This document shows, one piece after another, positions 1 through 11,057 of a stretch of DNA of 64,000 bases. The stretch is from the NCBI GenBank assembly GCA_963765495.1, contig CAVXWP010000006.1, forward strand, positions 213,695 to 277,694, in the 5' to 3' direction. Origin of the DNA: Blastocatellia bacterium. GTDB taxonomy: Bacteria; Acidobacteriota; Blastocatellia; UBA7656. The stretch's first letter is position 1, and every line of letters begins with the position of its first letter. The notes under the pieces were generated by a model that saw nothing but the letters and a program-made list of their open reading frames with translations, ran no database searches and was not told the origin of the DNA. The position numbers were made by a program, and so were the translations under genes.

Positions 1-840
1 GAGGCGGCCCGCGAGCTTGCGCTCGCAAACAACGAGCCGCCGCGCGCCGCCTTCCGCGTAAACACCTTGCTTGCTTCGGAGGATGAGGCGCTCGCCTTGC
101 TACGCTCAGAAGGAGTAGGGGCGCGGCAATCGGAAATCGCGCCCGGGGCTTTTCTTCTTGAGCGAGGCGGGGCCGCTGCGGCGCTTGAAGCAATCGAAAA
201 AGGATTGATCTATTTTCAGGATGAGGCATCGCAACTGGTTTCGTTGCTGCTTGAACCTTTGAGGGGCGGCAGCGTGTTGGATCTGTGCGCGGCCCCCGGT
301 TCCAAGACCTCTCACATAGCCGCGCTCACAGGCAACGATTGCTGGATCGTAGCCGCAGACATCCACCCGCACAGGCTGGCCGCGCTGAGCGCATCCTGCC
401 GCAGACTTGGAGTTGATTGCGTTTCGCCTGTTGCCTTAGACGCTACGTTTGACCTGCCGGTAATCGAAGGCGCGCGCGGGTTTGATCGCGTGCTGATTGA
501 TGCGCCGTGTTCGGGGACGGGCACGCTCAGGCGCAATCCCGAGATCAAGTGGAGGCTCACGCCCCGTGATATTGAGCGGCTGGCAGAAGTGCAGCTGAGC
601 CTGCTCTCACGCGGCGCAAGAGCGATCACAAGCGGCGGAAGGCTGGTTTACTCGACCTGCTCGATAGAGACCGAAGAGAACGAAAGAGTGATCAATCGCT
701 TCCTCGAAAGCGGCGCTCCGTTTCGATTGATTCGGCCGGATGCGAATCCCGACCTGATTACCGAAGACGGCATGATGAGGACTTTTCCACATCGTCACGG
801 CGCGGACGGTTTTTTCGCCGCCGTGCTCGAAAAGATTTAG
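1..840 (+). CDS. rsmB: 16S rRNA m5C967 methyltransferase RsmB/Sun (5'-truncated by window)
   Basis: QDEASQ, DLCAAPGSKT, DAPCSGTG, LVYSTCS motifs; frame open from base 1. Confidence 0.9.
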   Translation, partial: EAARELALANNEPPRAAFRVNTLLASEDEALALLRSEGVGARQSEIAPGAFLLERGGAAAALEAIEKGLIYFQDEASQLVSLLLEPLRGGSVLDLCAAPGSKTSHIAALTGNDCWIVAADIHPHRLAALSASCRRLGVDCVSPVALDATFDLPVIEGARGFDRVLIDAPCSGTGTLRRNPEIKWRLTPRDIERLAEVQLSLLSRGARAITSGGRLVYSTCSIETEENERVINRFLESGAPFRLIRPDANPDLITEDGMMRTFPHRHGADGFFAAVLEKI

Positions 841-948
841 CTATCAATTTTCGGACGCTTCAATAAAAACGAAGAGGGCGAAAACTCAAAGAGCCGGACA
901 TTGAAAGTCCGGCATCTGGCCGCCTGTCGCCCGGTACAAGGGGAACGC

Positions 949-1956
949 ATGAATTTTGACATCTCACTGGCGCTGGAAAGAATCAGGAAGATATATGACG
1001 GGTTTATACAACAACTGCCGAACATCATACTTGCTCTGATAGTCTTTGTCGCTTTTTATCTGACTGCGAAATTAATCAGGACGACCGTTCGGCGCATCAC
1101 CGAGCAGCGGGGCGGGGGGCATTATGCGGGCCTCGCTATTGGGCGGCTGGTTCAAGGTTTCGTCGTGCTGTTGGGCATTTTGATTGCGTTGACAATCGCC
1201 CTGCCTTCGTTCAATCCCGCTGATGTGATTCAATTGCTCGGAATCAGCAGCGTAGCCATCGGGTTTGCCTTTCGCGATATCCTGCAAAATTTTCTGGCCG
1301 GGATACTGCTCCTGTTTACGCAGCCGTTTCGCATCGGCGATCAAATCGTCACAAGCAACTTTGAAGGCACGGTCGAAGACATTCAAACCCGCGCCACTTT
1401 CATAAAAACCTATGACGGCCGCCGTGTGGTCATTCCAAACGGCGATCTGTTTACCGATAAGGTCATAGTCAACACGGCATACGATAAGCGCCGCGTGGAA
1501 TACGACGTAGGCATAGGTTATGGCGATGACATCGATCGCGCAAAGCAGTTGATACTTGAAGCCCTCAACGCCGTTGAAGGCATATCGAAAGACCCGGCCC
1601 CCGATGCGCTCGTTATGGATCTGGCGGCTTCTTCGGTAAACATCCGCGCTCGATGGTGGATAGATCCTCCGCATCGCGCCGATGCCTTAGACACTCGCGA
1701 CAAAGTGTTGACCGCGATCAAAAACAGACTGGTTGAAAACGGAATTGACCTGCCGTTTCCGACTCAACAGATACTCTTTCACGATCAGACGGAAGAGACC
1801 GACGGCGACCGCGCCCGCCAGCGCGAGGGGTGGCCTGCGGGCAAACAGGCCGCGCCGGAATCGCGCAGCATCGCAGGAGCCATAAAGGAAACGGCGGAGG
1901 CAGGCAGATCATCGAGGCCGGATGAGCCTGCGCGGGATATGGAGGTTCGGAAATGA
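949..1956 (+). CDS. Small-conductance mechanosensitive channel (MscS family)
   Basis: 3 TM helices, AIGFAFRDILQNFLAG, PFRIGD, GIDLPFP; ATG 949 after GGGGA. Confidence 0.88.
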   Translation: MNFDISLALERIRKIYDGFIQQLPNIILALIVFVAFYLTAKLIRTTVRRITEQRGGGHYAGLAIGRLVQGFVVLLGILIALTIALPSFNPADVIQLLGISSVAIGFAFRDILQNFLAGILLLFTQPFRIGDQIVTSNFEGTVEDIQTRATFIKTYDGRRVVIPNGDLFTDKVIVNTAYDKRRVEYDVGIGYGDDIDRAKQLILEALNAVEGISKDPAPDALVMDLAASSVNIRARWWIDPPHRADALDTRDKVLTAIKNRLVENGIDLPFPTQQILFHDQTEETDGDRARQREGWPAGKQAAPESRSIAGAIKETAEAGRSSRPDEPARDMEVRK

Positions 1957-2207
1957 TGACCTGGCTCGGCAAGCTGTGGGAGAGGTTGAGATCGAGCTAT
2001 TGGTTCGTGCCTGCGATCATGACCCTGCCTGCAATCGGGCTCTCGTTTGTGACTATCACGATTGACAACAGGATGAAAGAGAAAGTCGTTGAAAGCCTCG
2101 GATGGATATGGGCGGGTGGTCCCGAAGGCGGGCGTGAGCTTCTATATCAGGCGGCGGTCAAAGCCATCGAGCAGGGCCATTACCAGAAGGAGGAGGTGCA
2201 CAGATGA
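1953..2207 (+). pseudogene. Remnant of DUF2254-like membrane protein (internal deletion)
   Basis: N-terminus LRSSYWFVP...GGPEGGRELL resembles DUF2254, but ORF is only 84 aa. Confidence 0.55.
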
Positions 2208-3139
2208 AACTAAAGCCCATCTGGGCGATTCTGAAAGATACTTTTTCCGAATGGAATGAGGACAAGGCCCCGCGTCTTGCGGCGGCGCTGGCCTATTACG
2301 CGGTCTTTTCAATCGCGCCGCTGATGGTTGTGGTCATAGCGATAGCGGGCTTTGTATTTGGCCGGGATGCGGCCGAGGGGCAGATCATAAGACAGATTCA
2401 AGATATAATCGGACCGGTCGCGGCAAAGTCGATACAATCCCTGATCGAAGGCGCGAGCCGACCATCTACGGGCATTCGTGCGACCGTGCTCGGCATAATA
2501 ATCCTCTTGTTTGGCGCGACCGGCGTCTTTGGCCAGCTTCAGGACGGCCTGAATACAATATGGGAAGTCGCGCCAAGACCCGGACGCGGCATAATGGGAA
2601 TCGTCAAGACCCGGTTTTTGTCGTTCATTATGGTCTTTGGCATAGGGCTGCTGCTATTGTCATCACTCACGGTTAGCGCCGGTATGGTAGCGATTGGCGC
2701 TTATCTGGGCGACCGCGTGCCGGGCTTCGGAATGCTGACGCAGGTCTTGAACTTCGTTATCTCGTTTGCGGTCATTACGCTATTGTTTGCGATGATATTC
2801 AAGTTTCTGCCCGACGTGAAAATCGCCTGGAGCGATGTGTGGATAGGAGCCGCCGCCACCGCGTTGCTGTTTACTCTGGGCAGCTTATTGATCGGCATCT
2901 ATCTGGGCTACAGCAAAGTCGCATCGGTTTATGGGGCAGCCGGGTCGCTCGTCATCCTGCTGCTGTGGGTTTACTATTCGGCGCAGATACTCTTTCTGGG
3001 TGCTGAGTTCACACAGGTCTACGCCAACAGATACGGAACGCGCTTTGAGCCGACAAGAGATGCGGTAGCGATGACGGAAGAGGCGCGAGCGGAGCAGGGC
3101 ATCCCTCACACCGAAGAGATCGAAGCTCGGAAGGAATAG
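2204..3139 (+). CDS. YihY/BrkB family membrane protein
   Basis: AAALAYYAVFSIAP, YGAAGSLVILLLWVYYSAQILFLGAE. Confidence 0.92.
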   Translation: MKLKPIWAILKDTFSEWNEDKAPRLAAALAYYAVFSIAPLMVVVIAIAGFVFGRDAAEGQIIRQIQDIIGPVAAKSIQSLIEGASRPSTGIRATVLGIIILLFGATGVFGQLQDGLNTIWEVAPRPGRGIMGIVKTRFLSFIMVFGIGLLLLSSLTVSAGMVAIGAYLGDRVPGFGMLTQVLNFVISFAVITLLFAMIFKFLPDVKIAWSDVWIGAAATALLFTLGSLLIGIYLGYSKVASVYGAAGSLVILLLWVYYSAQILFLGAEFTQVYANRYGTRFEPTRDAVAMTEEARAEQGIPHTEEIEARKE

Positions 3140-3142
3140 CTT

Positions 3143-3197
3143 TTGACAGGATTGACAGGATTAGATTTGATTAACAGGATTCTCCTTTGATCCTGTC
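3143..3197. repeat. Short 9-bp-period GACAGGATT repeats with inverted ATCCTGTC copy
   Basis: GACAGGATT x2, AACAGGATT, then ATCCTGTC; related AAATCCTGTC at ~29890. Confidence 0.55.
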
Positions 3198-3213
3198 TGC
3201 GCATCGCGAAGGT

Positions 3214-4179
3214 TTGACTTTGAAAGAACAGATTGCACTTAAAGATATTGAAAACGCCGCTGAGCGAATCTCTACCATCGCGCGCCGCACGCCGCTTGAA
3301 CGATCGCGATGGCTTTCTGACAGAGCGCGCGACGTATCGCTCAAGCTCGAATGTTTTCAGGCTACGGGGTCGTTCAAGCTTCGCGGGGCCACGGCTCGCC
3401 TCTCCCGGCTGACCGAAGATGAAAAAGCGCGAGGCGTGTTGACGGTTTCGGCGGGCAATCACGGTCTGGGCGTCGCCCTTTGCGCCGAGGCTCTCGGCAT
3501 CCCCGCCACAATAGTCGTGCCTCTGTCGGCATCACGCGCAAAGGTAGAGGCCCTCCGGCGTTATCCGGTCACGCTTATAGAGCGCGGGGCCGGTTATGAC
3601 GAGGCCGAGCGGGAGGCGCGCAAGTTAGAGCATGAAGACGGAGCGATTTTCGTCTCGCCCTACAACGACCCGGAGGTGATTGCCGGTCAGGGCACAATCG
3701 GTTTGGAAATCCTTCAAGACGATCCGCAGATTGACGCGATAATAGTTCCCGTAGGCGGTGGCGGTCTTATAGCGGGCATCCTGATAGCCGCAAAAGCGAT
3801 AAAGCCGGATGTAAAGGTTTACGGCGTGGAACCGCTCGCTTCACCGACCATGACACGGTCGCTCGAAGCCGGTAGCCTCGTTGAAATCGAAGAAGACGAA
3901 ACCATCGCCGATGGCCTCGCGGGAAATATCGAGCCCGGCTCGATCACCTTCCCAATAGTCCAGCGACTCATAGACGATATTATTCTGGTGAGCGAAGACT
4001 CGATTCGCGAGAGCATTCGTCGAGTCGCAAGCGAAGATCACATTATGATCGAAGGATCGTCTGCGGCTGCGGTCGCGGCGCTCGATGATGCTCGAATAAC
4101 AGGCCGCCGGATCGCCGCCGTAATCACAGGCCGAAATATCAGCCTCGACCTCTTCAAAAGCGTGATGCGTGATCCGTGA
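3214..4179 (+). CDS. PLP-dependent threonine/serine dehydratase (catalytic domain only)
   Basis: GSFKLRGA, SAGNHG, VGGGGLIAG; start codon uncertain. Confidence 0.88.
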   Translation: MTLKEQIALKDIENAAERISTIARRTPLERSRWLSDRARDVSLKLECFQATGSFKLRGATARLSRLTEDEKARGVLTVSAGNHGLGVALCAEALGIPATIVVPLSASRAKVEALRRYPVTLIERGAGYDEAEREARKLEHEDGAIFVSPYNDPEVIAGQGTIGLEILQDDPQIDAIIVPVGGGGLIAGILIAAKAIKPDVKVYGVEPLASPTMTRSLEAGSLVEIEEDETIADGLAGNIEPGSITFPIVQRLIDDIILVSEDSIRESIRRVASEDHIMIEGSSAAAVAALDDARITGRRIAAVITGRNISLDLFKSVMRDP

Positions 4180-4238
4180 TTTAGCAGGCATGGAAGCGGC
4201 CTTTATCAGCCAATATTTTTGAAAATCACGGATCACGC
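4160..4238. repeat. Inverted heptamer-repeat hairpin (CGTGATN)n/(NATCACG)n
   Basis: 3 units then 2 inverted units, overlapping both convergent stop codons. Confidence 0.7.
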
Positions 4239-4937
4239 TTCATCGAGCGCATAGCTTAAAGGGTCACGCGCCCCGGCCTCGGCAAAACCTTTCAATCGAA
4301 GCAGACAGCTATCGCAATTGCCACAGGCCAGGCCCTCCGCAGTCGGATCATAACAACTGTGCGTGAGCGCGTAGTCTACGCCGAGCCGAAGCCCTGTCTT
4401 TATGATCTCCGCCTTCGTCATCGAAATCAGAGGCGTATGAATCTTGAGCCTGAGCCGGTCTTCAACGCCCGCTTTCGTGGCGAGGTTTGCCATTCGCTCA
4501 AACGCTTCGATGTACTCGGGCCGGCAATCGGGGTAGCCGCTGTAATCGAGCGCGTTTACGCCTATGAAGATGTCTTCGGCTTCAAGCACTTCGGCCCACC
4601 CGAGCGCGAATGAAAGAAAGATCGTGTTGCGCGCAGGCACATAGGTCACGGGGATGGCCGCGTTCATCTCCGCTTCCGCGCGACCCTTCGGCACCTCTAT
4701 CTCATCGGTCAGCGCCGACCCTCCGATTGCGCGCAGATCGATATCCACGATAAGGTGGCGCGCTACGCCGAAGGCTTCGGCCACACGCACCGCGCTTTCA
4801 AGCTCTACGGCGTGACGCTGCCCGTAGCGAAACGACATAGCGTAGACTCCGTACCCTTCTGATTGCGCGATTGCGAGCGCAGTGGTCGAATCCAACCCGC
4901 CGCTGAGCAGTGCGACCGCCCTTTTCTCTTCTGCCAT
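4233..4937 (-). CDS. queC: 7-cyano-7-deazaguanine synthase
   Basis: LSGGLDS, YGQRH, TYVPARN, GYPDCR, CGNCDSC; start at MAEEKRAV. Confidence 0.95.
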   Translation of the reverse strand: MAEEKRAVALLSGGLDSTTALAIAQSEGYGVYAMSFRYGQRHAVELESAVRVAEAFGVARHLIVDIDLRAIGGSALTDEIEVPKGRAEAEMNAAIPVTYVPARNTIFLSFALGWAEVLEAEDIFIGVNALDYSGYPDCRPEYIEAFERMANLATKAGVEDRLRLKIHTPLISMTKAEIIKTGLRLGVDYALTHSCYDPTAEGLACGNCDSCLLRLKGFAEAGARDPLSYALDEA

Positions 4938-5030
4938 CGTCTGAGTCTCCATTTGAGTTATCGCATCAACGTGCCGAAGGTTCAATCTTACTACAGCCGC
5001 GCTGCCCGCTCGTGATAATCTTCTGAAAAC

Positions 5031-6098
5031 ATGAGCTATCAGCTTTATCATCACAATCGCAACTACGGCTGCCGCATAACCGAGTTCATCTATGAAGGCT
5101 ATCGCGCGGTGGCGATGGAAAACGAAAAGCTGCGCGTCACGATCATCGCGGACAAAGGCGCTGACATTTACGAATTCCTGTACAAACCCCGCGATGTCGA
5201 TTTTCTCTGGCGCACGCGTACGGGCCTGCGCCCGCCTGCGCATTTCATCCCCACAAGCGCGCGCGCCTCGGGCTCGCACGCGGATTATTATGAAGGCGGC
5301 TGGCAGGAGTTGTTTCCAAATTGCGGCAACCTGTCCGTGCATCAGGGCGCTGAAATCGGCCAGCACGGCGAAGTGCTTCTGCTGCCGTGGCGATACACGA
5401 TCACAAAAGACGATCCCGACGAGATCGAAATTCGTTTTGAGGTCCGCACGGTTCGCACCCCGTTTTATCTGAGTAAGACGATGAGGCTCGGGCGGGGCGA
5501 GGCGGCGCTCAAAATCTCGGAGCGCGTAACAAATGAGGGCGGGCAAATCGTGGATTTCACGTGGGGGCATCATCCGGCGCTCGGGTGGCCTTTTCTGGAT
5601 GAAAGCTGCCGCCTGCATCTGCCCGATTGCCGCATCCGCACCTTTGCCGAATACACTTCGGCAACCTCTCGCCTGAAAGCGGATCAAGAGAGTCAGTGGC
5701 CGCTGGCCGAAGGGCACAGGGGCGATGTTATAGATTTATCGCGCATCCCCGGCCCGGAAGTGGCGGCGCAGGATATGGTCTTTCTCGAAGGACTCTCGGA
5801 CGGATGGTACGCCGTGACAAACGCAAATCTGAGGATAGGGTTTGGGCTGCGCTATCCGGCTGAGGTGTTCAAGTTTTTGTGGTACTGGCAGGTCTTTCGC
5901 GGCGGGCGTGATTATCCCTGGTGGAGCGCGACCTATAACATTGCGCTCGAACCCTGCGCCACTCTCCCGGTGCTCCGGCGGGCGGTAGAGCGCGGCGAGG
6001 CGTTGAGCCTTCAATCGGGTGAAAGCCGCGAAATCGAATTGCTGGCCGCGGCAATCGAGAATTTGGATGATGTCGATATGGTGATACGTGATGCGTGA
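5031..6098 (+). CDS. Aldose 1-epimerase-like / DUF4432 family protein
   Basis: [30 protein letters not shown]. Confidence 0.75.
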   Translation: MSYQLYHHNRNYGCRITEFIYEGYRAVAMENEKLRVTIIADKGADIYEFLYKPRDVDFLWRTRTGLRPPAHFIPTSARASGSHADYYEGGWQELFPNCGNLSVHQGAEIGQHGEVLLLPWRYTITKDDPDEIEIRFEVRTVRTPFYLSKTMRLGRGEAALKISERVTNEGGQIVDFTWGHHPALGWPFLDESCRLHLPDCRIRTFAEYTSATSRLKADQESQWPLAEGHRGDVIDLSRIPGPEVAAQDMVFLEGLSDGWYAVTNANLRIGFGLRYPAEVFKFLWYWQVFRGGRDYPWWSATYNIALEPCATLPVLRRAVERGEALSLQSGESREIELLAAAIENLDDVDMVIRDA

Positions 6099-6179
6099 TG
6101 CGTGATTATTGCAAGAAATTGGGAGCACGAGTCATCTGCCTGAAAATCACGCATCACGCATCACGTATCACGCATCACG
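6081..6179. repeat. Inverted heptamer-repeat hairpin (GTGATRC)n/(GYATCAC)n
   Basis: ~4 units plus ~5 inverted units between convergent genes, containing both stop codons. Confidence 0.8.
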
Positions 6180-7245
6180 GCTTCGATTGTTTGAGCCGGT
6201 CGATGGAAGCGCGAGCCGTTTCGTCGTGGCGACCCGATGCTTCATATGCCTGTTGATAGGCCGCAAGCGCCTTGTCGGGCTGGTTGTCGCTCTCATAAAC
6301 ATAACCCAGTTCCAAAAGCGCCGCCGTATTTGTGGGCGCGAGCTTGACCGATTGCGCGAGCGCCTCGGCTGCCGGTTTCCACTGCGAAGAGCGAGAAAAT
6401 GCAAGACCCGCGTTATACCACGCGGCGCTTGAATCCTGATGCGCGCGGGCGTATTTGTCGAGAAACGGCGCGGCCTTCGCGTACTGCTTGTCGAGCAGAT
6501 AGCCTTGCCCGAGCAGGCTCCAGGCTTGCTCGGTATTATCGACCGCTACCAGCCGCTCGCCTACCGCGATTGCCTGCTTCAACATCGCGGGATTCTGTTT
6601 CCACCCGGCCAGATAGATGCTGCCAAGCAGAGAGAGCGAATCCCTGTCTTTTGCATTGATCGCCAGCGCCTGATTGAGCGCCGTTATAGCCTGGTCGTCG
6701 TGGTTCAGCTTGTAGTGGGCATAGGCTATGTAATAGTAGTTGTTTGTATCGGTCTTCATCTCGGCGGCAGCCGAGGTGAGCGGCGAGATCGCTTCGTTGT
6801 ATTTGTTTGTGAAGATAAAGGAACGACCCAGCGCGGCGCGGGCTGTTGGGTCAATTTTCAGCTTCAGCCTGTCTGAAAGCGTGATGTAGTTTGAGAGCGC
6901 CGGTATGGCCTTGTCGTATTGCTTCAATTGATACTCGGAAAATCCTATGTAGTAATAGCCCGTCACCTGCGACTTCTCATCCTTTTCAGCGCCCTTTACG
7001 TAATTCTGAAAGGCATCTATTGAGTCTTCATACCCTTGCAACTGATAATGACTGGCTCCTATGTAAAACCACGCCTGCCAGTAATCGGGGTTAGCCTTCA
7101 ACACGGCGTGGAATTCGCTTATGGCGGGCCGGTATTGCTTCTGGTTGTAGAGCGAGACGCCCTTATCCCAATCCTGCGCGAGCGCGGGCAAAGCGCCCAC
7201 CAGAAGTATCACTAAAGCGACGGTTACGTAAAATCTCTTAATCAT
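6175..7245 (-). CDS. Secreted tetratricopeptide-repeat protein
   Basis: Signal peptide MIKRF...ALA; repeated TPR patterns. Confidence 0.8.
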   Translation of the reverse strand: MIKRFYVTVALVILLVGALPALAQDWDKGVSLYNQKQYRPAISEFHAVLKANPDYWQAWFYIGASHYQLQGYEDSIDAFQNYVKGAEKDEKSQVTGYYYIGFSEYQLKQYDKAIPALSNYITLSDRLKLKIDPTARAALGRSFIFTNKYNEAISPLTSAAAEMKTDTNNYYYIAYAHYKLNHDDQAITALNQALAINAKDRDSLSLLGSIYLAGWKQNPAMLKQAIAVGERLVAVDNTEQAWSLLGQGYLLDKQYAKAAPFLDKYARAHQDSSAAWYNAGLAFSRSSQWKPAAEALAQSVKLAPTNTAALLELGYVYESDNQPDKALAAYQQAYEASGRHDETARASIDRLKQSKP

Positions 7246-7624
7246 CGGAACTTCTCCATCTTGAGGCTTCGGAAAAAATCGACCTCCTAACGAATTCAAT
7301 TTGAATGTATCGCCGCTCAAGGGGGCAGCTTGTGAGTTGATCTCTTTCAGACGACTCCATGCGGTAACATCCTATCAAAGACGTTATAGCCAATCTTTTA
7401 ACATCTTAATCGCCTGCGCGCCGGGGCACAAGACACTGCATACTCGATTCAGCTATTGAGATGTCGAAGAGGCGGGGCTCAGGTTGCCTGATTCTTTTTA
7501 ATGTGCGAACAATTGCCGGGAAGTGCGGCTTGCCAACACTCTGCCGGATAAAGCAGAATACCAGAGGCGCTGTGACGGGATGGATGCCACCTGTACATAA
7601 ATATCAATTGAAAATGAGGTCGAA

Positions 7625-8677
7625 ATGAAATCAGAATCAGATATTTTAATGCGGGCGCTCGCGGTGTGCGCGCTGGCGCTCACGATGGCTGCCGGAGGCT
7701 CGGTCTTTGGCCGGGCGGCGGGGCACTCCGGCGCAGAGACCGGGTCGCCGCAATCCAAGGATAAACCGGCCCAGATTTCTAAAGAAGAGATCGAAGCCGG
7801 ACAGAAGATCGAAGCCGCTCCTGATGTCGCGACAAAGCTTCAACTGGCCGAAGAGTTCGCAAAGAAATATCCCAAGAGCACAAAGCTGCATGATGTAGCC
7901 GGTTACGTGGCATCGCAAGTGGCTCAACTTGAGGATCAGGCGCAGATGATGACGCTTTCTGAGAAATACCTGACCGTCTTCCCGGATACGAAGGAAGCCT
8001 CTGTCATCCGCACAAACCTGATGACCGCGTATGTAAAAGCCGGCAAAGTAGACGAGGCTTTCAGTCTGGCTGCGGCTTTTTTGCAAAAGCAACCTGCTGA
8101 TATACCCGTGCTGACTCAGATGGCGCTTGTCGGGGCCGATCAGATAAAACAGAACAACCCGAAGTACCTGCAACAGACCCAGACCTACGGCGCGAAAGCC
8201 ATACAGTTGATCGAAGCCGGGCAGAAGCCCGAAGGCTTGACCGACGAGCAATGGGCCGAGTATCAGAATCACTGGTTGCCGCAGCTTTATTACTCTATGG
8301 GATTTCTTTCGCTCGTCACTGGAAAGACCGATGAAGCGAAGATGAAGGCCGAAAAGGCGCTGACGCTAAACCCGAACGAACCGCTCAATTACATGCTGGT
8401 TGGCTATATCCTGAATCAGGAATATCAACAACTGGCTGAGAAATATAAAGGCATGCCGGACGGCGCGGGCAAAGACGAGACGCTCAAACAGGCGCAGGCA
8501 AAGCTTGATGACGTCATAGATAAATACGCGCATATGGTGGGTCTGGCCGAAGGCGACACGAGATATGATCAGATTCGCGAGCAGGTTAGCCAGGACCTTG
8601 AAGCCTATTATAAATATCGTCACAACGGCTCGACCGATGGTTTGCGCGCCATGATTGATAAATACAAAAAGCCGTGA
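7625..8677 (+). CDS. Secreted TPR-like protein
   Basis: Signal peptide, helical repeats (ALTLNPNEP). Confidence 0.72.
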   Translation: MKSESDILMRALAVCALALTMAAGGSVFGRAAGHSGAETGSPQSKDKPAQISKEEIEAGQKIEAAPDVATKLQLAEEFAKKYPKSTKLHDVAGYVASQVAQLEDQAQMMTLSEKYLTVFPDTKEASVIRTNLMTAYVKAGKVDEAFSLAAAFLQKQPADIPVLTQMALVGADQIKQNNPKYLQQTQTYGAKAIQLIEAGQKPEGLTDEQWAEYQNHWLPQLYYSMGFLSLVTGKTDEAKMKAEKALTLNPNEPLNYMLVGYILNQEYQQLAEKYKGMPDGAGKDETLKQAQAKLDDVIDKYAHMVGLAEGDTRYDQIREQVSQDLEAYYKYRHNGSTDGLRAMIDKYKKP

Positions 8678-8764
8678 GGAATTTCTGTGGCGGCGGGCGG
8701 GCAGGTTTCAGGTCGTTTTTGAACCTCAAGCGCCCGCCTTACTCTTCCCCGGCAGACTCTAATT

Positions 8765-9253
8765 ATGAAAAGCACTGACACGACCGTTACACCGGAAGAA
8801 TTTCGCAGCGCGCTCGGCCATTTTGCCAGCAGCGTCACCGTAGTAACTGCAAGATGCGAGGATGAGAAACTGCGCGGCATCACCGTCAGCGCGTTTTCTT
8901 CGCTCTCTCTCGACCCGCCCCTGATCCTTATCTGCATCGACACGAGGGCCTCGCTACACGAATACCTGAAAGAGGGCTGCTACTTTGCGGTAAACATTCT
9001 GGCCGAAGATCAGGAACTGGTCTCGCGCCGCTTTGCCTCAAAAGACCCCGAACGTTTTAACGGGGTCGGGTACAAAGAGGGGATCGAGAGGACTCCTTTG
9101 CTCGATGGAGCCCTGGCAAATATCGAGTGCCGCGTCACGAGCGCCTACCCCGGCGGCGATCATACCATCTTTGTGGGCGAGGTCGTTTCCACACATATTA
9201 TCGAGCACAAGCCTCTGTTGTATTTTCGTGGCGGCTACAGGCAGCTTGAATAG
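8765..9253 (+). CDS. Flavin reductase-like (DIM6/NTAB family)
   Basis: FRSALGHFASSVTVVT, SLSLDPP, GDHTIFVGEV. Confidence 0.92.
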   Translation: MKSTDTTVTPEEFRSALGHFASSVTVVTARCEDEKLRGITVSAFSSLSLDPPLILICIDTRASLHEYLKEGCYFAVNILAEDQELVSRRFASKDPERFNGVGYKEGIERTPLLDGALANIECRVTSAYPGGDHTIFVGEVVSTHIIEHKPLLYFRGGYRQLE

Positions 9254-9467
9254 GCCGAGGGCCGGTGCGCCGCCTTCGCTTGCCTGCCCCGTTTATCTCA
9301 CCTGTTATCTTCACTCGATGAGGTGTGTTCACCGTCCATCCGTGGAAGATTGACCGCATTTGAAATCTAGCTCCAATAGAGAGGACCTGAGCGGATATTG
9401 ATTCCGGCAACAGTTTTGTCATCAATTCAATCGCCAGAGCGTGCCGGGTCTGTTGGAGAGATTTTCT

Positions 9468-10916
9468 ATGCTGATGAGAAAATGGTTTGTCCTGTCTGTC
9501 GTCTCTGTTGCCTTTGCCTGTCTTCTGCCCTTGCTTGAAGGCCCGTTCCAGGGCGCGCAGGCACAGACCGAAACAACGTTTGGACCGGAAACCTTTACAC
9601 GCGGGTCAACGAAGAAAGCCACCTTTTCTCGTTCTTTCACCGCCGATCAATCGCGTCCATACACGCTCACTCTGATCAACGGAGCAGGCGACGGCTCATT
9701 GCGCGCAAAGAAAGGTATCGTGACGCTGGACGGCACCATGATTCTTGGAAAGGATGTATTCAACAAGCGCGCCGACCGCATCGTTGTCGCCGTAAATCTT
9801 TCTCAACAGAACGATCTCAATTTCTGGTTCAAGGGCCCGGAAGGATGTTTCGTAAGCGTCTCGATTGACCCGGTGCCAGATGGTTTGCTAAACGATCCTG
9901 CAAGCAGTGATTTCGATTCGAAACAGGCCGGAATAGGGTTTCCATTCTCAGTAGACATAGATCAATCGAACCATCGCGCGTATGTCTCTGACCGCTATCG
10001 TGATTCGGTGATCGAGTTCAACATACCCGAGGCTTCGATCTCTCGATGGTTCACAGACCTTGATGGCGATACCGCCCTCGACAACGGCGCTACGGCCGGA
10101 GTCGCTTTCAACTCAAATGCCCGCAACGTAGTCGCAATCAACGAAGGCGCTACCGGGAACGGAAGCGTCGCGGTCATAAATCTGGATAACGGGTTTGTAA
10201 ACGTCACGACCGTGACGAGCAATGACGGCAATACATCTCCCGTCTATGCGGCTGTAAACCCCGCAAACAGCATAGCCGCTTTCACCGGGCAATATAACGT
10301 GAACGGCAGGCGCGCATACTTTTTTGACACGACGAGCCGTGTGCTTTCCACGCGCAATGAAAGCGTCTCGTTAAATGCGGTAGCCTTCAGCGCAGGGACG
10401 GGTGAATTCATATTTACCACAAGCGACGGCGGCTCATCTCCGGGGCTGTTTGTTTACAGCGCCACGGCCCCGTTTCAGCGCGTCGGGCGAATAGATTCTA
10501 CGGCGCGGGCGGGAAGCGTATTCAACAAGGTGGCTGTCAATCCCGAGACCAACATAGCCGCCGCCGTAAACCTGGGCGATGGATCGGTGATACTGTTTGA
10601 TGTAGCGGCAGGCCGCCAGATTGCGCGCGTGCCGATCCGCGCAGACAACTCTCCGAATGCCTTAGCCGATATAGCGATCAATCCTCAAACCAACATGGCC
10701 GTTGTCACCAGCCGGTTTACCGAGCGAGTAATTGTGATCGACCTGGCCACAGGGCTTGTGGCCGCCGAGATGCCGCTGCCTGCCGGCACGCGCCCTCTCG
10801 GCGTGAGCATAGATCACGGGCTCAACCGGGCCGTGATAGCCGAAAACGGATTTGCAAGCACCGAGCGCAACGGCAGCATTCTGGTAGTTCAGTTGCCCTC
10901 ATTTCGAGAGCGGTAA
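9468..10916 (+). CDS. Secreted YVTN/YncE-type beta-propeller protein
   Basis: Signal peptide; repeated AVNP..N.A.V and V.VIDL blades. Confidence 0.68.
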   Translation: MLMRKWFVLSVVSVAFACLLPLLEGPFQGAQAQTETTFGPETFTRGSTKKATFSRSFTADQSRPYTLTLINGAGDGSLRAKKGIVTLDGTMILGKDVFNKRADRIVVAVNLSQQNDLNFWFKGPEGCFVSVSIDPVPDGLLNDPASSDFDSKQAGIGFPFSVDIDQSNHRAYVSDRYRDSVIEFNIPEASISRWFTDLDGDTALDNGATAGVAFNSNARNVVAINEGATGNGSVAVINLDNGFVNVTTVTSNDGNTSPVYAAVNPANSIAAFTGQYNVNGRRAYFFDTTSRVLSTRNESVSLNAVAFSAGTGEFIFTTSDGGSSPGLFVYSATAPFQRVGRIDSTARAGSVFNKVAVNPETNIAAAVNLGDGSVILFDVAAGRQIARVPIRADNSPNALADIAINPQTNMAVVTSRFTERVIVIDLATGLVAAEMPLPAGTRPLGVSIDHGLNRAVIAENGFASTERNGSILVVQLPSFRER

Positions 10917-10975
10917 ACAATAGACAGCACATAAAACCAGAAAGCAGTAAGCAGGACTCGTTCCTGCTCTGCTCA

Positions 10976-11035
10976 AAAGGCGCGGAAACATTCGGACTTC
11001 TCTGCCCCCTATCCGATGTTCTCCGCGCCTTTCTT
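10976..11035. terminator. Hairpin between convergent genes, probable bidirectional terminator
   Basis: AAAGGCGCGGA...TCCGCGCCTTT with extended inner stem. Confidence 0.6.
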
Positions 11036-11057
11036 TGCCTCTGTTTTTTGAATCGTC

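Noticed and set aside
4938-5717. Long 494-aa version of queC
   Set aside because: The extension is antisense to the 5031-6098 gene; QueC motifs begin near 4937.
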